Shown in pieces: positions 10,533 through 19,572 of a DNA stretch of 64,000 nt. The translations under genes and the position numbers were made by a program. Every line of letters begins with the position of its first letter. Within the stretch, counting starts at the first letter, position 1. The DNA lies in the NCBI RefSeq assembly GCF_030931715.1, contig NZ_CP133261.1:1960643-2024642 (forward strand), given 5' to 3'. The DNA comes from Tissierella sp. MB52-C2 (GTDB lineage: Bacteria > Bacillota > Clostridia > Tissierellales > Tissierellaceae). Under the pieces are notes generated by a model that did no database searches, was not told the origin of the DNA, and saw only the letters and a program-made list of their open reading frames with translations.

Positions 10533-11330
10533 ATGGAAATTTATCAATATAGGAATCATCTCAATTCATATATTAAACAGAAATTACAATCAATGTTTAA
10601 AAAAGAAAGATTTGATGAAAAACCTGGTGTTTCTATTATCTTATGTTCTAATCGTCTTAACAAAATTGAAGATATCTTCGATAGTTTTTTAAGACAAAGT
10701 TATGATCCTAAAGAACTAATAATCGTTTTAAATAACAATAATATGAATATAGATGAATATCATGAAAAAGCTAAAAATTTAAAAAACATCAAAATATTTC
10801 AATTGGATGAAACTCTTTCTTTAGGTTATTGTTTTAAGTTTGCATTGAACCATGCAGCTTTCGATTATATAGCAAAGTTTGATGATGATGACTACTATGG
10901 CACTGATTATCTTAAGCAAGCTATGAACGCATTTAACGAAATTAATTGTGATGTTGTAGGAAAAGCATCTTATTATATTTATTTTCATCAAAGTAAAATA
11001 CTAGCTCTATATGGAGAGCAGAAACAAAATATGTTTGTCAATCGAGTTGCAGACTCAAGCCTAGTTTTTAAGAGAAGTGTTTTAGAGAAAATAGATATTC
11101 CTCTTATAAAAAAAGCTGGAGCTTTTGCAAATATTCAAAGCCAATTTAAAAATTATGATATAAGCGTCTATTCTACAGATAAATATAATTATTTAGTAAA
11201 TAGATATAACGATTTAGAACATCAGCACACCTGGAAAGTGTCTGATACTGAATATCTTAAATATCCTTCCGTAAAAATTGTGGCTGAAAACATAGAAAAC
11301 TTTATTCCATATATTGAAAATAAAGATTAA
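10533..11330 (+). CDS. Family 2 glycosyltransferase, paralog of 8398-9108.
   Basis: VSIILCSNR...YIAKFDDDDYYGTDY. Its start is 7 nt after the PP-loop gene stop, so the two are co-transcribed. Confidence 0.6.
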   Translation: MEIYQYRNHLNSYIKQKLQSMFKKERFDEKPGVSIILCSNRLNKIEDIFDSFLRQSYDPKELIIVLNNNNMNIDEYHEKAKNLKNIKIFQLDETLSLGYCFKFALNHAAFDYIAKFDDDDYYGTDYLKQAMNAFNEINCDVVGKASYYIYFHQSKILALYGEQKQNMFVNRVADSSLVFKRSVLEKIDIPLIKKAGAFANIQSQFKNYDISVYSTDKYNYLVNRYNDLEHQHTWKVSDTEYLKYPSVKIVAENIENFIPYIENKD

Positions 11331-11430
11331 TCATTAATGGTTAATCTTTATTTATAGTATCTATATCATTATTACCTTCTATTGAATATACTGTATTACT
11401 ACGTAAATTCAACTAGGAAGGTAGATGCTA

Positions 11431-12744
11431 ATGATATTATACAATGAAATAATTAATAGACAAGTAAATATATCTATTATTGGATTAGGCTATGTGGGCT
11501 TACCTTTAAGCCTTAGTTTTGCTAAAAAAGCAAATGTAATAGGATTTGATATAGATACTAAGAAAATTGACAATTACAATGCTGGAATTGGCTTATCAGA
11601 TTATATAGAATTAGATGAACTTGAAGATATTACGATTTCATTTTCTTCTGATGAAAATAGGCTAAAAGATGCCAAATTCCATATAATTGCCGTCCCAACG
11701 CCAATATATGAAGATAATTCACCTAATTTAGAATATGTTATAGAAGCAAGTACAATTCTTGGTAGAAACTTAAAAAAAGGATCAATTGTAGTTTATGAAT
11801 CTACAGTATATCCAGGTGTTACTGAAAATATCTGTATTCCAATATTAGAAGGAGCATCTAAACTAAAGTGTGGCGTAGATTTTAAGGTAGGTTATTCTCC
11901 TGAGAGAATAAATCCTGGAGATCCAGTGAATAAATTAGAATCTATAGTTAAAATTGTTTCAGCTATAGATGAGGATGCCTTAGATATTATATCAAGTGTA
12001 TATGAATTGATAGTAAAATCGGGGGTTTATAGAGCAGAAAGTATTAAGATAGCTGAGGCAGCAAAGGTAATTGAAAATACTCAAAGAGATATTAATATAG
12101 CTTTTATAAATGAAATAAGCATTATCCTAAATCATCTTGAAATAGACACCAGATCGGTTCTTAATGCCATGGACACAAAATGGAATGCCTTAGGATTTAA
12201 ACCTGGATTAGTAGGAGGCCATTGTATAGGTGTTGATTCTTATTTCTTAATTCATATTGCCCAAAGTCTTGGAATTAAACCAGAAACAATTATTGTTGGG
12301 AGAAAAACAAATGATTTAATGGCAAAATATATATGTAAAAATACAGTTAGCAAACTTTTGGAATCTAGAAAATCAATAAGAAATACAAATTTAGCTATAT
12401 TTGGTTTTTCATTTAAAGAAAATTGTCCTGATATTAGAAATACAAAAGTTATAGATTTAATTAATGAATTAAAAAATTATGGAATTAATATTAAAGTAGT
12501 AGATCCTATTGTGAACTCAAAAGAAGTATTTAATCAATATGGAATTAATATTACTGATATAAGTGAAATTCAAGATATGGATGCTATAATCTTTGCTGTT
12601 TCCCATGAAGAATTTTATAAGTATTCACTGGATAGTATTAAATTTATGTACTCTAAAGATGTACAGCCTCTGCTCATTGATATTAAAGGATTATTTGATA
12701 GAACAAATGCTATATCCTTAGGATATAATTACTGGTCATTATAA
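11431..12744 (+). CDS. Nucleotide-sugar dehydrogenase, UDP-N-acetyl-D-hexosamine 6-dehydrogenase-like (WbpA/TviB family).
   Basis: N-terminal Rossmann ISIIGLGYVGLPLSLSF. Catalytic Cys in GGHCIGVD. Length about 437 aa. It belongs to the UDP-glucose/GDP-mannose dehydrogenase family. Confidence 0.8.
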   Translation: MILYNEIINRQVNISIIGLGYVGLPLSLSFAKKANVIGFDIDTKKIDNYNAGIGLSDYIELDELEDITISFSSDENRLKDAKFHIIAVPTPIYEDNSPNLEYVIEASTILGRNLKKGSIVVYESTVYPGVTENICIPILEGASKLKCGVDFKVGYSPERINPGDPVNKLESIVKIVSAIDEDALDIISSVYELIVKSGVYRAESIKIAEAAKVIENTQRDINIAFINEISIILNHLEIDTRSVLNAMDTKWNALGFKPGLVGGHCIGVDSYFLIHIAQSLGIKPETIIVGRKTNDLMAKYICKNTVSKLLESRKSIRNTNLAIFGFSFKENCPDIRNTKVIDLINELKNYGINIKVVDPIVNSKEVFNQYGINITDISEIQDMDAIIFAVSHEEFYKYSLDSIKFMYSKDVQPLLIDIKGLFDRTNAISLGYNYWSL

Positions 12745-12746
12745 CA

Positions 12747-12780
12747 AAACAGGGGGCATTGAAATATGCTCCCTGTTTTA
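12747..12780. terminator. Bidirectional terminator between convergent genes.
   Basis: aaaacagggggcat-tgaaat-atgctccctgtttt. Confidence 0.7.
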
Positions 12781-12785
12781 TAATA

Positions 12786-13742
12786 TTATAAACCTAATTT
12801 AATTTTTAATTTATCAAGCATATCTCTAGTCATAGCATCTAGATCATATTTTGGATTCCATCCCCATTCTTCTCTAGCAGCTGAATCATCTAATGAATTT
12901 GGCCAAGTATCAGCAATACCCTGTCTTACTGGGTCTACATCATAGTCTAACTCAAATTCTGGTATAACTTTTTTAATTGACGCTGCTAACATTTCTGGGT
13001 CGAAGCTCATGGCAGTTACGTTGAATGCATTTCTATGGATTAATTTAGCCGGATCTGCTTCCATAAGATTTACTATGGCATCAAGAGCATCTGGCATATA
13101 CATCATATCCATCTTTGTGCCTTTGTCTATGAAGCTAGTATATTTTTTGTTCTTTAATGCATCGTAATAAATGTGAACTGCGTAGTCTGTAGTTCCACCA
13201 CCTGGTAATGTTTCATATGAGATAAGACCTGGGAAACGAACTCCTCTAGTGTCTACTCCAAATCTCTTAAAGTAGTAATCACATAATAATTCTCCAGCTA
13301 CTTTAGTAACACCATACATTGTAGTTGGTCTTTGTATAGTATCTTGTGGAGTATTATCTGGTGGAGTAGTTGGTCCAAAAGCTGCTATTGAAGATGGTGT
13401 ATAAACCATACAGTTTTCTTCTCTAGCTACTTCAAGAATATTGTATAATCCATTCATATTTATATCCCAACAATCTTCTGGATATTTTTCCCCAACAGCT
13501 GAAAGAATAGCTGCAAGATTTATAATAGTATTTACATTGTGTTTTCTAACTATTTCAGATACATCTTTGCCTTTTGTTATATCAACTATTTCAAATGGGC
13601 CGGATTGTATTAAATTTTCATGGCCTTCCTTTATTCTTCTACCACTGGCAATTATATTATCTGCCCCATAAATCTTTCTTAGTTCTGTTGTAAGTTCTGA
13701 ACCAATTTGTCCTAATGCACCTGTTACTAATATTTTTCTCAT
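12786..13742 (-). CDS. tdh: L-threonine 3-dehydrogenase, SDR/NAD-dependent epimerase-dehydratase type.
   Basis: MRKILVTGALGQIGSEL...AAILSAVGE...YGVTKV...PGGGTTDYAV aligns closely by eye with eukaryotic/bacterial SDR-type TDH. A GGAGGTG RBS sits before the ATG at 13742. Confidence 0.8.
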   Translation of the reverse strand: MRKILVTGALGQIGSELTTELRKIYGADNIIASGRRIKEGHENLIQSGPFEIVDITKGKDVSEIVRKHNVNTIINLAAILSAVGEKYPEDCWDINMNGLYNILEVAREENCMVYTPSSIAAFGPTTPPDNTPQDTIQRPTTMYGVTKVAGELLCDYYFKRFGVDTRGVRFPGLISYETLPGGGTTDYAVHIYYDALKNKKYTSFIDKGTKMDMMYMPDALDAIVNLMEADPAKLIHRNAFNVTAMSFDPEMLAASIKKVIPEFELDYDVDPVRQGIADTWPNSLDDSAAREEWGWNPKYDLDAMTRDMLDKLKIKLGL

Positions 13743-13822
13743 TATATACACCTCCGCAGTATTTAATATCCTTAGCTCGTCATAATTATATCATGAATTA
13801 CAAGTTTTGGATATAATTTTTG

Positions 13823-14650
13823 TTAATAAAAACAAATTCCTATGCCTTTCGGCCCTAAGTGACTACCAATTACTGGACCTAACTCATCTATAGATATTAA
13901 AGCATTGGGGAATTTTTCCTCTAATATTGTTTTAAATTTTATAGCTGAATCCATGTCCATTATATGACAAATTCCTATTTTCTCCACATCCTCTGGAACT
14001 TTATCTATTATTGAGGCTATTGCTTTATTTTTACCTCTTAATTTTTCCAGTAGTTGAAGTTCTCCATCTTTTAACTCGATTATAGGCTTAATATTTAATA
14101 AATTTCCTACAGCAGCTTGAACTGATGAAAGCCTTCCGCCTCTACTTAAATATTCTAAAGTTTCGGTAGTTAAATATATATGCATTCCCAGTTTTTTAGA
14201 ATTTATGTGATTTTCAATTTCCCCTGAAGATTTTCCTTCCTTAGCCATGGCTACTGCATCCTCAACTAAAAATCTTAAATTTGATGCAGCATTTATGGAG
14301 TCTATAATAGTAATTTTTTTACCTTCTAACATATTCTTTGCAAGTGTTGCACTGTTATAAGTTCCGCTTAATTTAGAAGATAAAAGAATGGCTATTATCT
14401 CATCATATCCTTCTTCAAAGGACTTTATAAATACATCTAAAAAATCTCCTGTAGATGGCTGTGATGTGGAAGGAAATAATTTTGTACTGCTTAACTTACT
14501 ATAAAAATCATCAAATTCTCCTGGAAACGACTCTTTACTCGTTTCCCCACCAAATACATAATTTAGTGGCACTATGGCTACATCTTCTCTTTCTGCATAT
14601 TCTTTTGTAATGTATCCTGTACTATCGACTACTATCTTAATTTTTGACAT
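13823..14650 (-). CDS. DegV family fatty-acid-binding protein.
   Basis: MSKIKIVVDSTGYI...; the length and profile are those of DegV. Confidence 0.8.
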   Translation of the reverse strand: MSKIKIVVDSTGYITKEYAEREDVAIVPLNYVFGGETSKESFPGEFDDFYSKLSSTKLFPSTSQPSTGDFLDVFIKSFEEGYDEIIAILLSSKLSGTYNSATLAKNMLEGKKITIIDSINAASNLRFLVEDAVAMAKEGKSSGEIENHINSKKLGMHIYLTTETLEYLSRGGRLSSVQAAVGNLLNIKPIIELKDGELQLLEKLRGKNKAIASIIDKVPEDVEKIGICHIMDMDSAIKFKTILEEKFPNALISIDELGPVIGSHLGPKGIGICFY

Positions 14651-14871
14651 TTTCGTACCTCCTTGAATATAATAATTCTACTATTAAATTATGGCAGAAT
14701 TATTATATTATTTCATACTTTAATTTATTTTACAACTATTTCTTAATCTCTATTTCTCATTCTTCGAAAATATAATATTTAATTCTTAATATTTTCAAGG
14801 ATCTCATCTCTTTTATTTTTTATATTTCCTATTTCATTTTTCACCAAACTAGAAACTATTGTATTTTATTA

Positions 14872-14899
14872 ACACTTTACCTATACATTACATATTCTA
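14872..14899 (+). promoter_or_regulatory. Sigma-K-type promoter (AC -N17- CATATTCTA) upstream of the YjcZ-like micro-ORF.
   Basis: AC at 14872-73, a 17-nt spacer, then CATAttcTA at 14891-99. This matches the sigma-K consensus AC-N16/17-CATAnnnTA. The same architecture recurs at 48422-48449. Confidence 0.55.
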
Positions 14900-14951
14900 T
14901 AGTGAGTGATAACACTCATGTATAAATATTAACTGTATAGGAGGTGTCTTC

Positions 14952-15071
14952 ATGGGTGGTCTATTTGGCGGAAGAGATTGTGACTTTGATGATTCTTTAC
15001 TATTCTTCTTTTTACTATTAGTAGTTCTTTTTACTAATTGTGGTGGCTTTGGTAGAGGTCGATGTTGCTAG
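14952..15071 (+). CDS. YjcZ-like tiny membrane sporulation protein (39 aa).
   Basis: An AGGAGGTG RBS sits 7 nt before the ATG. The protein is MGGLFGGRDCDFDDSLLFFFLLLVVLFTNCGGFGRGRCC. It has a Gly/Cys N-terminus, a hydrophobic core and a Cys-rich C-terminus, typical of the YjcZ/tiny-TM family of Bacillus and Clostridium. It is below the ORF-track size cutoff. Confidence 0.7.
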   Translation: MGGLFGGRDCDFDDSLLFFFLLLVVLFTNCGGFGRGRCC

Positions 15072-15081
15072 CGTAATATAG

Positions 15082-15109
15082 AATGCCCTAGATTTTTTTC
15101 TAGGGCATT
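15082..15109. terminator. Hairpin terminator after the micro-ORF, shared with the convergent antiporter gene.
   Basis: aatgccctaga-tttttt-tctagggcatt. Confidence 0.6.
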
Positions 15110-15114
15110 GTTAT

Positions 15115-16293
15115 TTACTTATTTAGTAAATATTTTGCAGATATTTTTATTCCTATGGCTCCCAATGGTGCTGTGACTAATATGGATAATACTGCAACAG
15201 CCAATATAATATCTCCCGATTCTACACCTAATGATAGTGGCACTGCACCCATTGCAGCTTGAACAGTTGCCTTTGGTATATAGGCAATAATGCAAAATAT
15301 CTTCTCTTTCCAATTCAAATCTGTGTTTAATAGGGAAATCACTACGCCTATACTTCTTCCCAAAAGACCAATTAATAATACTATAATTCCTATCTTTCCA
15401 GCATTAAGTGCAACTTTCACATTTACTTCAGCTCCCACTAGTACAAATAATAGTATTTCTGCAAAGACCCATATTTCATTAAACTTTCCTGCTAGTCTTT
15501 CACCTATCTTAGGCATCTTTTCAATTATAATAAATCCTATGGTCATAACTCCTAATAATGAAGCTATAGCTATTTTTGTCTTTAATAAATTTTCCAATTC
15601 AGTAATAAGAATAGCTAACCCTAATATCAGTAAAACTTTCTTTGCATCTTGTATATTATATTTATTAAATATTTTTACCAATATAAACCCAATAATAGCA
15701 CCAACTAAAATTCCTAATAATATTGATACTGGAATATTTAATAATTGTATACCAATATTCATATGAGATCCACTATATAGCCCTAAAAATCCACTGAATA
15801 TAGTAATAGCGAAAACATCATCAATGGAAGCTCCTGCCAATATCAATGTTGGTATTCCTTTATTTGTTCCCATGTTATTCTCCATTAATTTTAACATAGC
15901 TGGAACCACAACAGCAGGAGAAACTGCCGCAATAATAAATCCTAAAATTCCCCCTTGAATAAAAGAAAAACCTAAAAACTTCACCGATGCAAATGCGATG
16001 AAAAAACCTTCTATTAACCCTGGTATACAGCTCATCTTTAATGCAGGTTTACCAACTCTTTTTAAATCCTCTTTATTTAGCCCAAGGCCTGCCCTAAGCA
16101 AAATTATAATTAGTGCAATTTTTCTTAAATCGGCAGAGGAATTTAATATATCCTTTCCAATTAAGTTAAATCCATAGGGTCCTATTATTATCCCTAATAT
16201 TATCATCCCTAAGAGCCCTGGTAATTTCAGTTTTTCAAATAACTTATTTGCAAGTAGTCCTAACAGTAAAATAATTGCCAAACTTTTTGCCAC
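15115..16293 (-). CDS. Cation:proton (Na+/H+) antiporter, CPA family.
   Basis: About 11-12 TM helices. MAKSLAIILLLGLLANKLFEKLKLPGLLGMIILGIIIGP is a typical CPA1/2 N-terminus. There is no C-terminal regulatory domain. Confidence 0.75.
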   Translation of the reverse strand: MAKSLAIILLLGLLANKLFEKLKLPGLLGMIILGIIIGPYGFNLIGKDILNSSADLRKIALIIILLRAGLGLNKEDLKRVGKPALKMSCIPGLIEGFFIAFASVKFLGFSFIQGGILGFIIAAVSPAVVVPAMLKLMENNMGTNKGIPTLILAGASIDDVFAITIFSGFLGLYSGSHMNIGIQLLNIPVSILLGILVGAIIGFILVKIFNKYNIQDAKKVLLILGLAILITELENLLKTKIAIASLLGVMTIGFIIIEKMPKIGERLAGKFNEIWVFAEILLFVLVGAEVNVKVALNAGKIGIIVLLIGLLGRSIGVVISLLNTDLNWKEKIFCIIAYIPKATVQAAMGAVPLSLGVESGDIILAVAVLSILVTAPLGAIGIKISAKYLLNK

Positions 16294-16321
16294 AAAATCA
16301 TCTCCTTTTCATCATTACAAA

Positions 16322-16364
16322 ACAAAAACTCCTACAGAAATATTTATAATATCATCTGTAGGAG
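16322..16364 (-). terminator. Terminator downstream of the radical SAM gene.
   Basis: ctcctacaga...tctgtaggag stem, with a minus-strand U-tract (plus-strand acaaaacaaaaa). Confidence 0.5.
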
Positions 16365-16476
16365 TCATTAGCATTATGCAGTTTCGGTGAACTCCATCAC
16401 CCTATTATATTTTATTATAAGTATAGTATTAAAACCTACTTATGTCAAGGAATCTTTCGACTAGTCATCAGATAAT

Positions 16477-17352
16477 TTATAAGTCAAATAAACTAATTTG
16501 CTTAGATTCATATTTATCTTCAAAGGTATTAAGGTAAGTAAATATTTCCTTTATATCATATATAATTCCACTTTTTTTACATCTTTTATGAAATAAATCC
16601 ATTAACCTCTCACTATGCTTACTCTTTATCTCATAATCATTTCCAAAGGATTTTATATATTGTTGTTTTAATCCAGGAAATTTTTTATCTAAAGCTCTAT
16701 AAAAGTATTCTCTATTTCCCTCACGAAGTGTTAAACCCATACCAAAACAAATAATGCCCTTTACCTTAGCTTCCTCACAATAATCTAAAATCCAATTTAT
16801 ATTTTCCTCAGTATCATTTATAAAAGGTAAAATTGGACATAGCCAAACTATTGTAGGTATTCCGTTATCTCTCATAATTTTTAAAACTTCGACCCGGTCT
16901 TTTGTAGTAGAAACATTTGGCTCTATTAAAGAGCATAGTTCTTCATCAAATGTAGTTAATGTAATTTGAACAACGCATTTGGTCTTTTCATTTATACTCT
17001 TTAATATATCTAAATCCCTCAAAATTCTATTGGATTTAGTCAGTATAGATAATCCAAAGCCATATTTCTCAATAAGATTCAAGCATTGTCTAGTGTGTTG
17101 TAATTGTATTTCAATTGGAATATATGGATCTGTCATGGCACCAGTACCAATCATACAGCGTTTACGTTTTCGTTTCAATGCATCTTCCAATAACTCTACA
17201 GCATTAATTTTCACTTCTATATCTTCGAACTCATGCTGCATTTGGTAACATTTACTTCGAGAGTCACAATAGATACATCCATGAGAGCATCCACGATATA
17301 AATTCATTCCATTTTTAGAAGATAAAATGCTCTTAGCTTTAACTTCATGCAT
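16477..17352 (-). CDS. SPL-family radical SAM protein (COG1533, DNA repair photolyase-like).
   Basis: CSHGCIYC is a CxxxCxxC radical-SAM cluster motif near the N-terminus, in a protein of about 290 aa. It is a paralog-type relative of SplB. Confidence 0.7.
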   Translation of the reverse strand: MHEVKAKSILSSKNGMNLYRGCSHGCIYCDSRSKCYQMQHEFEDIEVKINAVELLEDALKRKRKRCMIGTGAMTDPYIPIEIQLQHTRQCLNLIEKYGFGLSILTKSNRILRDLDILKSINEKTKCVVQITLTTFDEELCSLIEPNVSTTKDRVEVLKIMRDNGIPTIVWLCPILPFINDTEENINWILDYCEEAKVKGIICFGMGLTLREGNREYFYRALDKKFPGLKQQYIKSFGNDYEIKSKHSERLMDLFHKRCKKSGIIYDIKEIFTYLNTFEDKYESKQISLFDL

Positions 17353-17399
17353 ATTTGAACCTCTACTTTCTTATCCACTTATAATTGGTAAAATTAATT

Positions 17400-17924
17400 T
17401 TAATCTAGGGTTATCCAATATCTTTGAAAAATTGTATCTCCTTCTTGTAGTTCGTTTTCTAACTTTCCGCCATTATTTATAATAGTCTTTGCTGATGCAA
17501 TATTGTCTTTATTGCAAGTAATTAAAACTTCTTTGATCTTTAGTCTTTTGCATTCTTCTAAAGCTAATGACAGCATTTCAGTTCCATAGCCTCTCTGCCT
17601 TTCCGATTTTCTAACACTACCACCTATATGTCCACCAACCTTTAATATCTGATCATCTAAGCGATGCCTAATATCAACCATCCCAACTAAACGACCATCA
17701 TCAGTAGAGATGACTAGATATGTAGTTGATGGGACTAGGCCTTTTCTTACAGTTTCCTCTTTTCGATCATTACAAACTCCGATATACCATTCACTAAAGG
17801 TTTCGATATTACTCAAGCCACGTGTTCCATCCATACTATCATTATTTTCAATAAATTCCTTTTTATAATTCATGATTTCATCTTCAAACTCCATAGCTGG
17901 TAATACTAATTTTAATCTGCCCAT
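17400..17924 (-). CDS. GNAT family N-acetyltransferase.
   Basis: Acetyl-CoA binding motif region ...QRGYGTEMLSLALEECKRL.... Confidence 0.75.
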   Translation of the reverse strand: MGRLKLVLPAMEFEDEIMNYKKEFIENNDSMDGTRGLSNIETFSEWYIGVCNDRKEETVRKGLVPSTTYLVISTDDGRLVGMVDIRHRLDDQILKVGGHIGGSVRKSERQRGYGTEMLSLALEECKRLKIKEVLITCNKDNIASAKTIINNGGKLENELQEGDTIFQRYWITLD

Positions 17925-18053
17925 ATTATCCCCCTTAAATTTATTCTCTATTTACAATATCTTGTTCTTCTTATTCCTATAGTAAGAATTTCATGTAGTA
18001 TATAATGTTTTTCGTTTATAGTCAATCTTTATCCTAGATTTCTCAGATATATT

Positions 18054-18257
18054 TTAAATCCTATCATCTAAGTCACTATTTTCAATAAGATTTTTACTTA
18101 AATTAAATATATTATCAATATCATTAATACTTGCATCTTCAAATGTTAATTCCATGACTTTACCATCATTCCACCATTGATTCAATTGTTCTGCATCATC
18201 TACTATTACGCTTCTAATAACTATATTTTCTTTCTCTATTCTCATACTACCCTCCAA
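18054..18257 (-). pseudogene. Probable N-terminal remnant of a GNAT acetyltransferase gene.
   Basis: The 67-aa ORF IRSVIVDDAEQLNQWWNDGKV resembles the N-terminal region of RimJ/RimL-type GNATs such as the 35477 gene (ILREYRKEDLTYMRNWVND). It has no acetyl-CoA binding half. Confidence 0.35.
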
Positions 18258-18374
18258 GATTATAGCTTTATTTATATATTTAATAATTATGTTATTTCAA
18301 CATTCTGTATTTATTTCCAGTCTAATCTTTATTATATCACCTATAATAATATAAATGGTATATCTTAATAATAA

Positions 18375-18420
18375 ATCAAAATAAAACATGATATGGTGAG
18401 ATATCATGTTTTATTTTGAT
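18375..18420. terminator. Long perfect hairpin (20-bp stem) downstream of splB.
   Basis: atcaaaataaaacatgatat-ggtgag-atatcatgttttattttgat. Confidence 0.6.
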
Positions 18421-18518
18421 TTATATGGATTTTTAAAACCTTAACTATTATACTCATTAAAATCAGAAGGCTTTTCATATGGTAAAGATTAATCTTCTAT
18501 TGATTTTTTTCATAATAC

Positions 18519-19529
18519 TTAAGTAAAATATTCGATCTTAGAATTAATAAAATTATCCTGAATTAGTTCTGAAATATATTCTTTTATTTCAGAACTTTGT
18601 TCTTTAGGGTAAACGTATTTAAATTTTCCATAGGGTCCCCACTTAAGTTGCCTATTTTCTTCATTGAGATCTAATTCAGTATTTGGAAATCTAGTAAGAA
18701 TTAATTCCTTTGCAGTAGCCGTAAATCTATGCTGTATAAGTTCAAAGGTAATCTCTTTATTATAGTCCACAAGTTGAGATTTCAAATTGTTTAGTAGTTC
18801 CCTATAATCCTCTTTCCAGTTTTCATATATCATAATAGGTGCTATAATAAAACCTATGGGATAGCCTGCCTTTGCAATTTTTGTTGCAGCTTCTATTCTT
18901 TCTTCAAAACTAGAGGTACTGTGTTCAAATTTTTCTATTATATATTTAGTATTTATACTAAACCTAAACTTAGTATGATCATTATGTTTTATATCTAAAA
19001 ATGAATCTACATTATTAAATTTAGTGATTACCCTAAGTCTTCCATTTTCACTATTAGAAAAGAATTCTATACACTTTTTTAAACTTCCTGTTAAATGCTC
19101 AAGGGCAACTGGATCTGTGATACTTCCACATTCAAAAGTAGTTATATTAGGTAAATTCTCATCTATATGTTCCTGAACTACATCCAATATTTCATCTACA
19201 TTTACAAACACTTTCATAAAGGGCTTTTCACCTTGTGTTGTTTGTAAATAACAATATTCACAATGTCCAGGACATGAACTTGATAAAGCAAATTGATAAT
19301 CTGCCGATGGCTTACACTTTCTTAGTTTTTTTTCCCTACTAACAGTTAGATAAATTGTCTTTTTAGCCTTAGCATAATTCTCGGAAGGAGACTTACCTTC
19401 TATTGCAACTTTTTTTGTTTGTATTATAGGGATATTTAACTTTTCTAATTTTTCCTTTACCATTATTCCAGTATCATATTCTAAACTTTTAGGATCAATA
19501 TATACTCTATCTGGCATAAACAATTTCAT
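18519..19529 (-). CDS. splB: Spore photoproduct lyase.
   Basis: The N-terminus ...MPDRVYIDPKSLEYDTG matches the SplB start. The SSCPGHCEYCYLQT radical-SAM motif is present. Length 336 aa. A GAGGTG RBS precedes the start. Confidence 0.88.
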   Translation of the reverse strand: MKLFMPDRVYIDPKSLEYDTGIMVKEKLEKLNIPIIQTKKVAIEGKSPSENYAKAKKTIYLTVSREKKLRKCKPSADYQFALSSSCPGHCEYCYLQTTQGEKPFMKVFVNVDEILDVVQEHIDENLPNITTFECGSITDPVALEHLTGSLKKCIEFFSNSENGRLRVITKFNNVDSFLDIKHNDHTKFRFSINTKYIIEKFEHSTSSFEERIEAATKIAKAGYPIGFIIAPIMIYENWKEDYRELLNNLKSQLVDYNKEITFELIQHRFTATAKELILTRFPNTELDLNEENRQLKWGPYGKFKYVYPKEQSSEIKEYISELIQDNFINSKIEYFT

Positions 19530-19572
19530 TTTTTCACCTCAGAAGTATTATTTCCTTTTAGCGAATATTAAT

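Noticed and set aside
15290-15766. 158-aa plus-strand ORF inside the antiporter gene.
   Set aside because: Antisense to a well-supported membrane transporter CDS, with no RBS.
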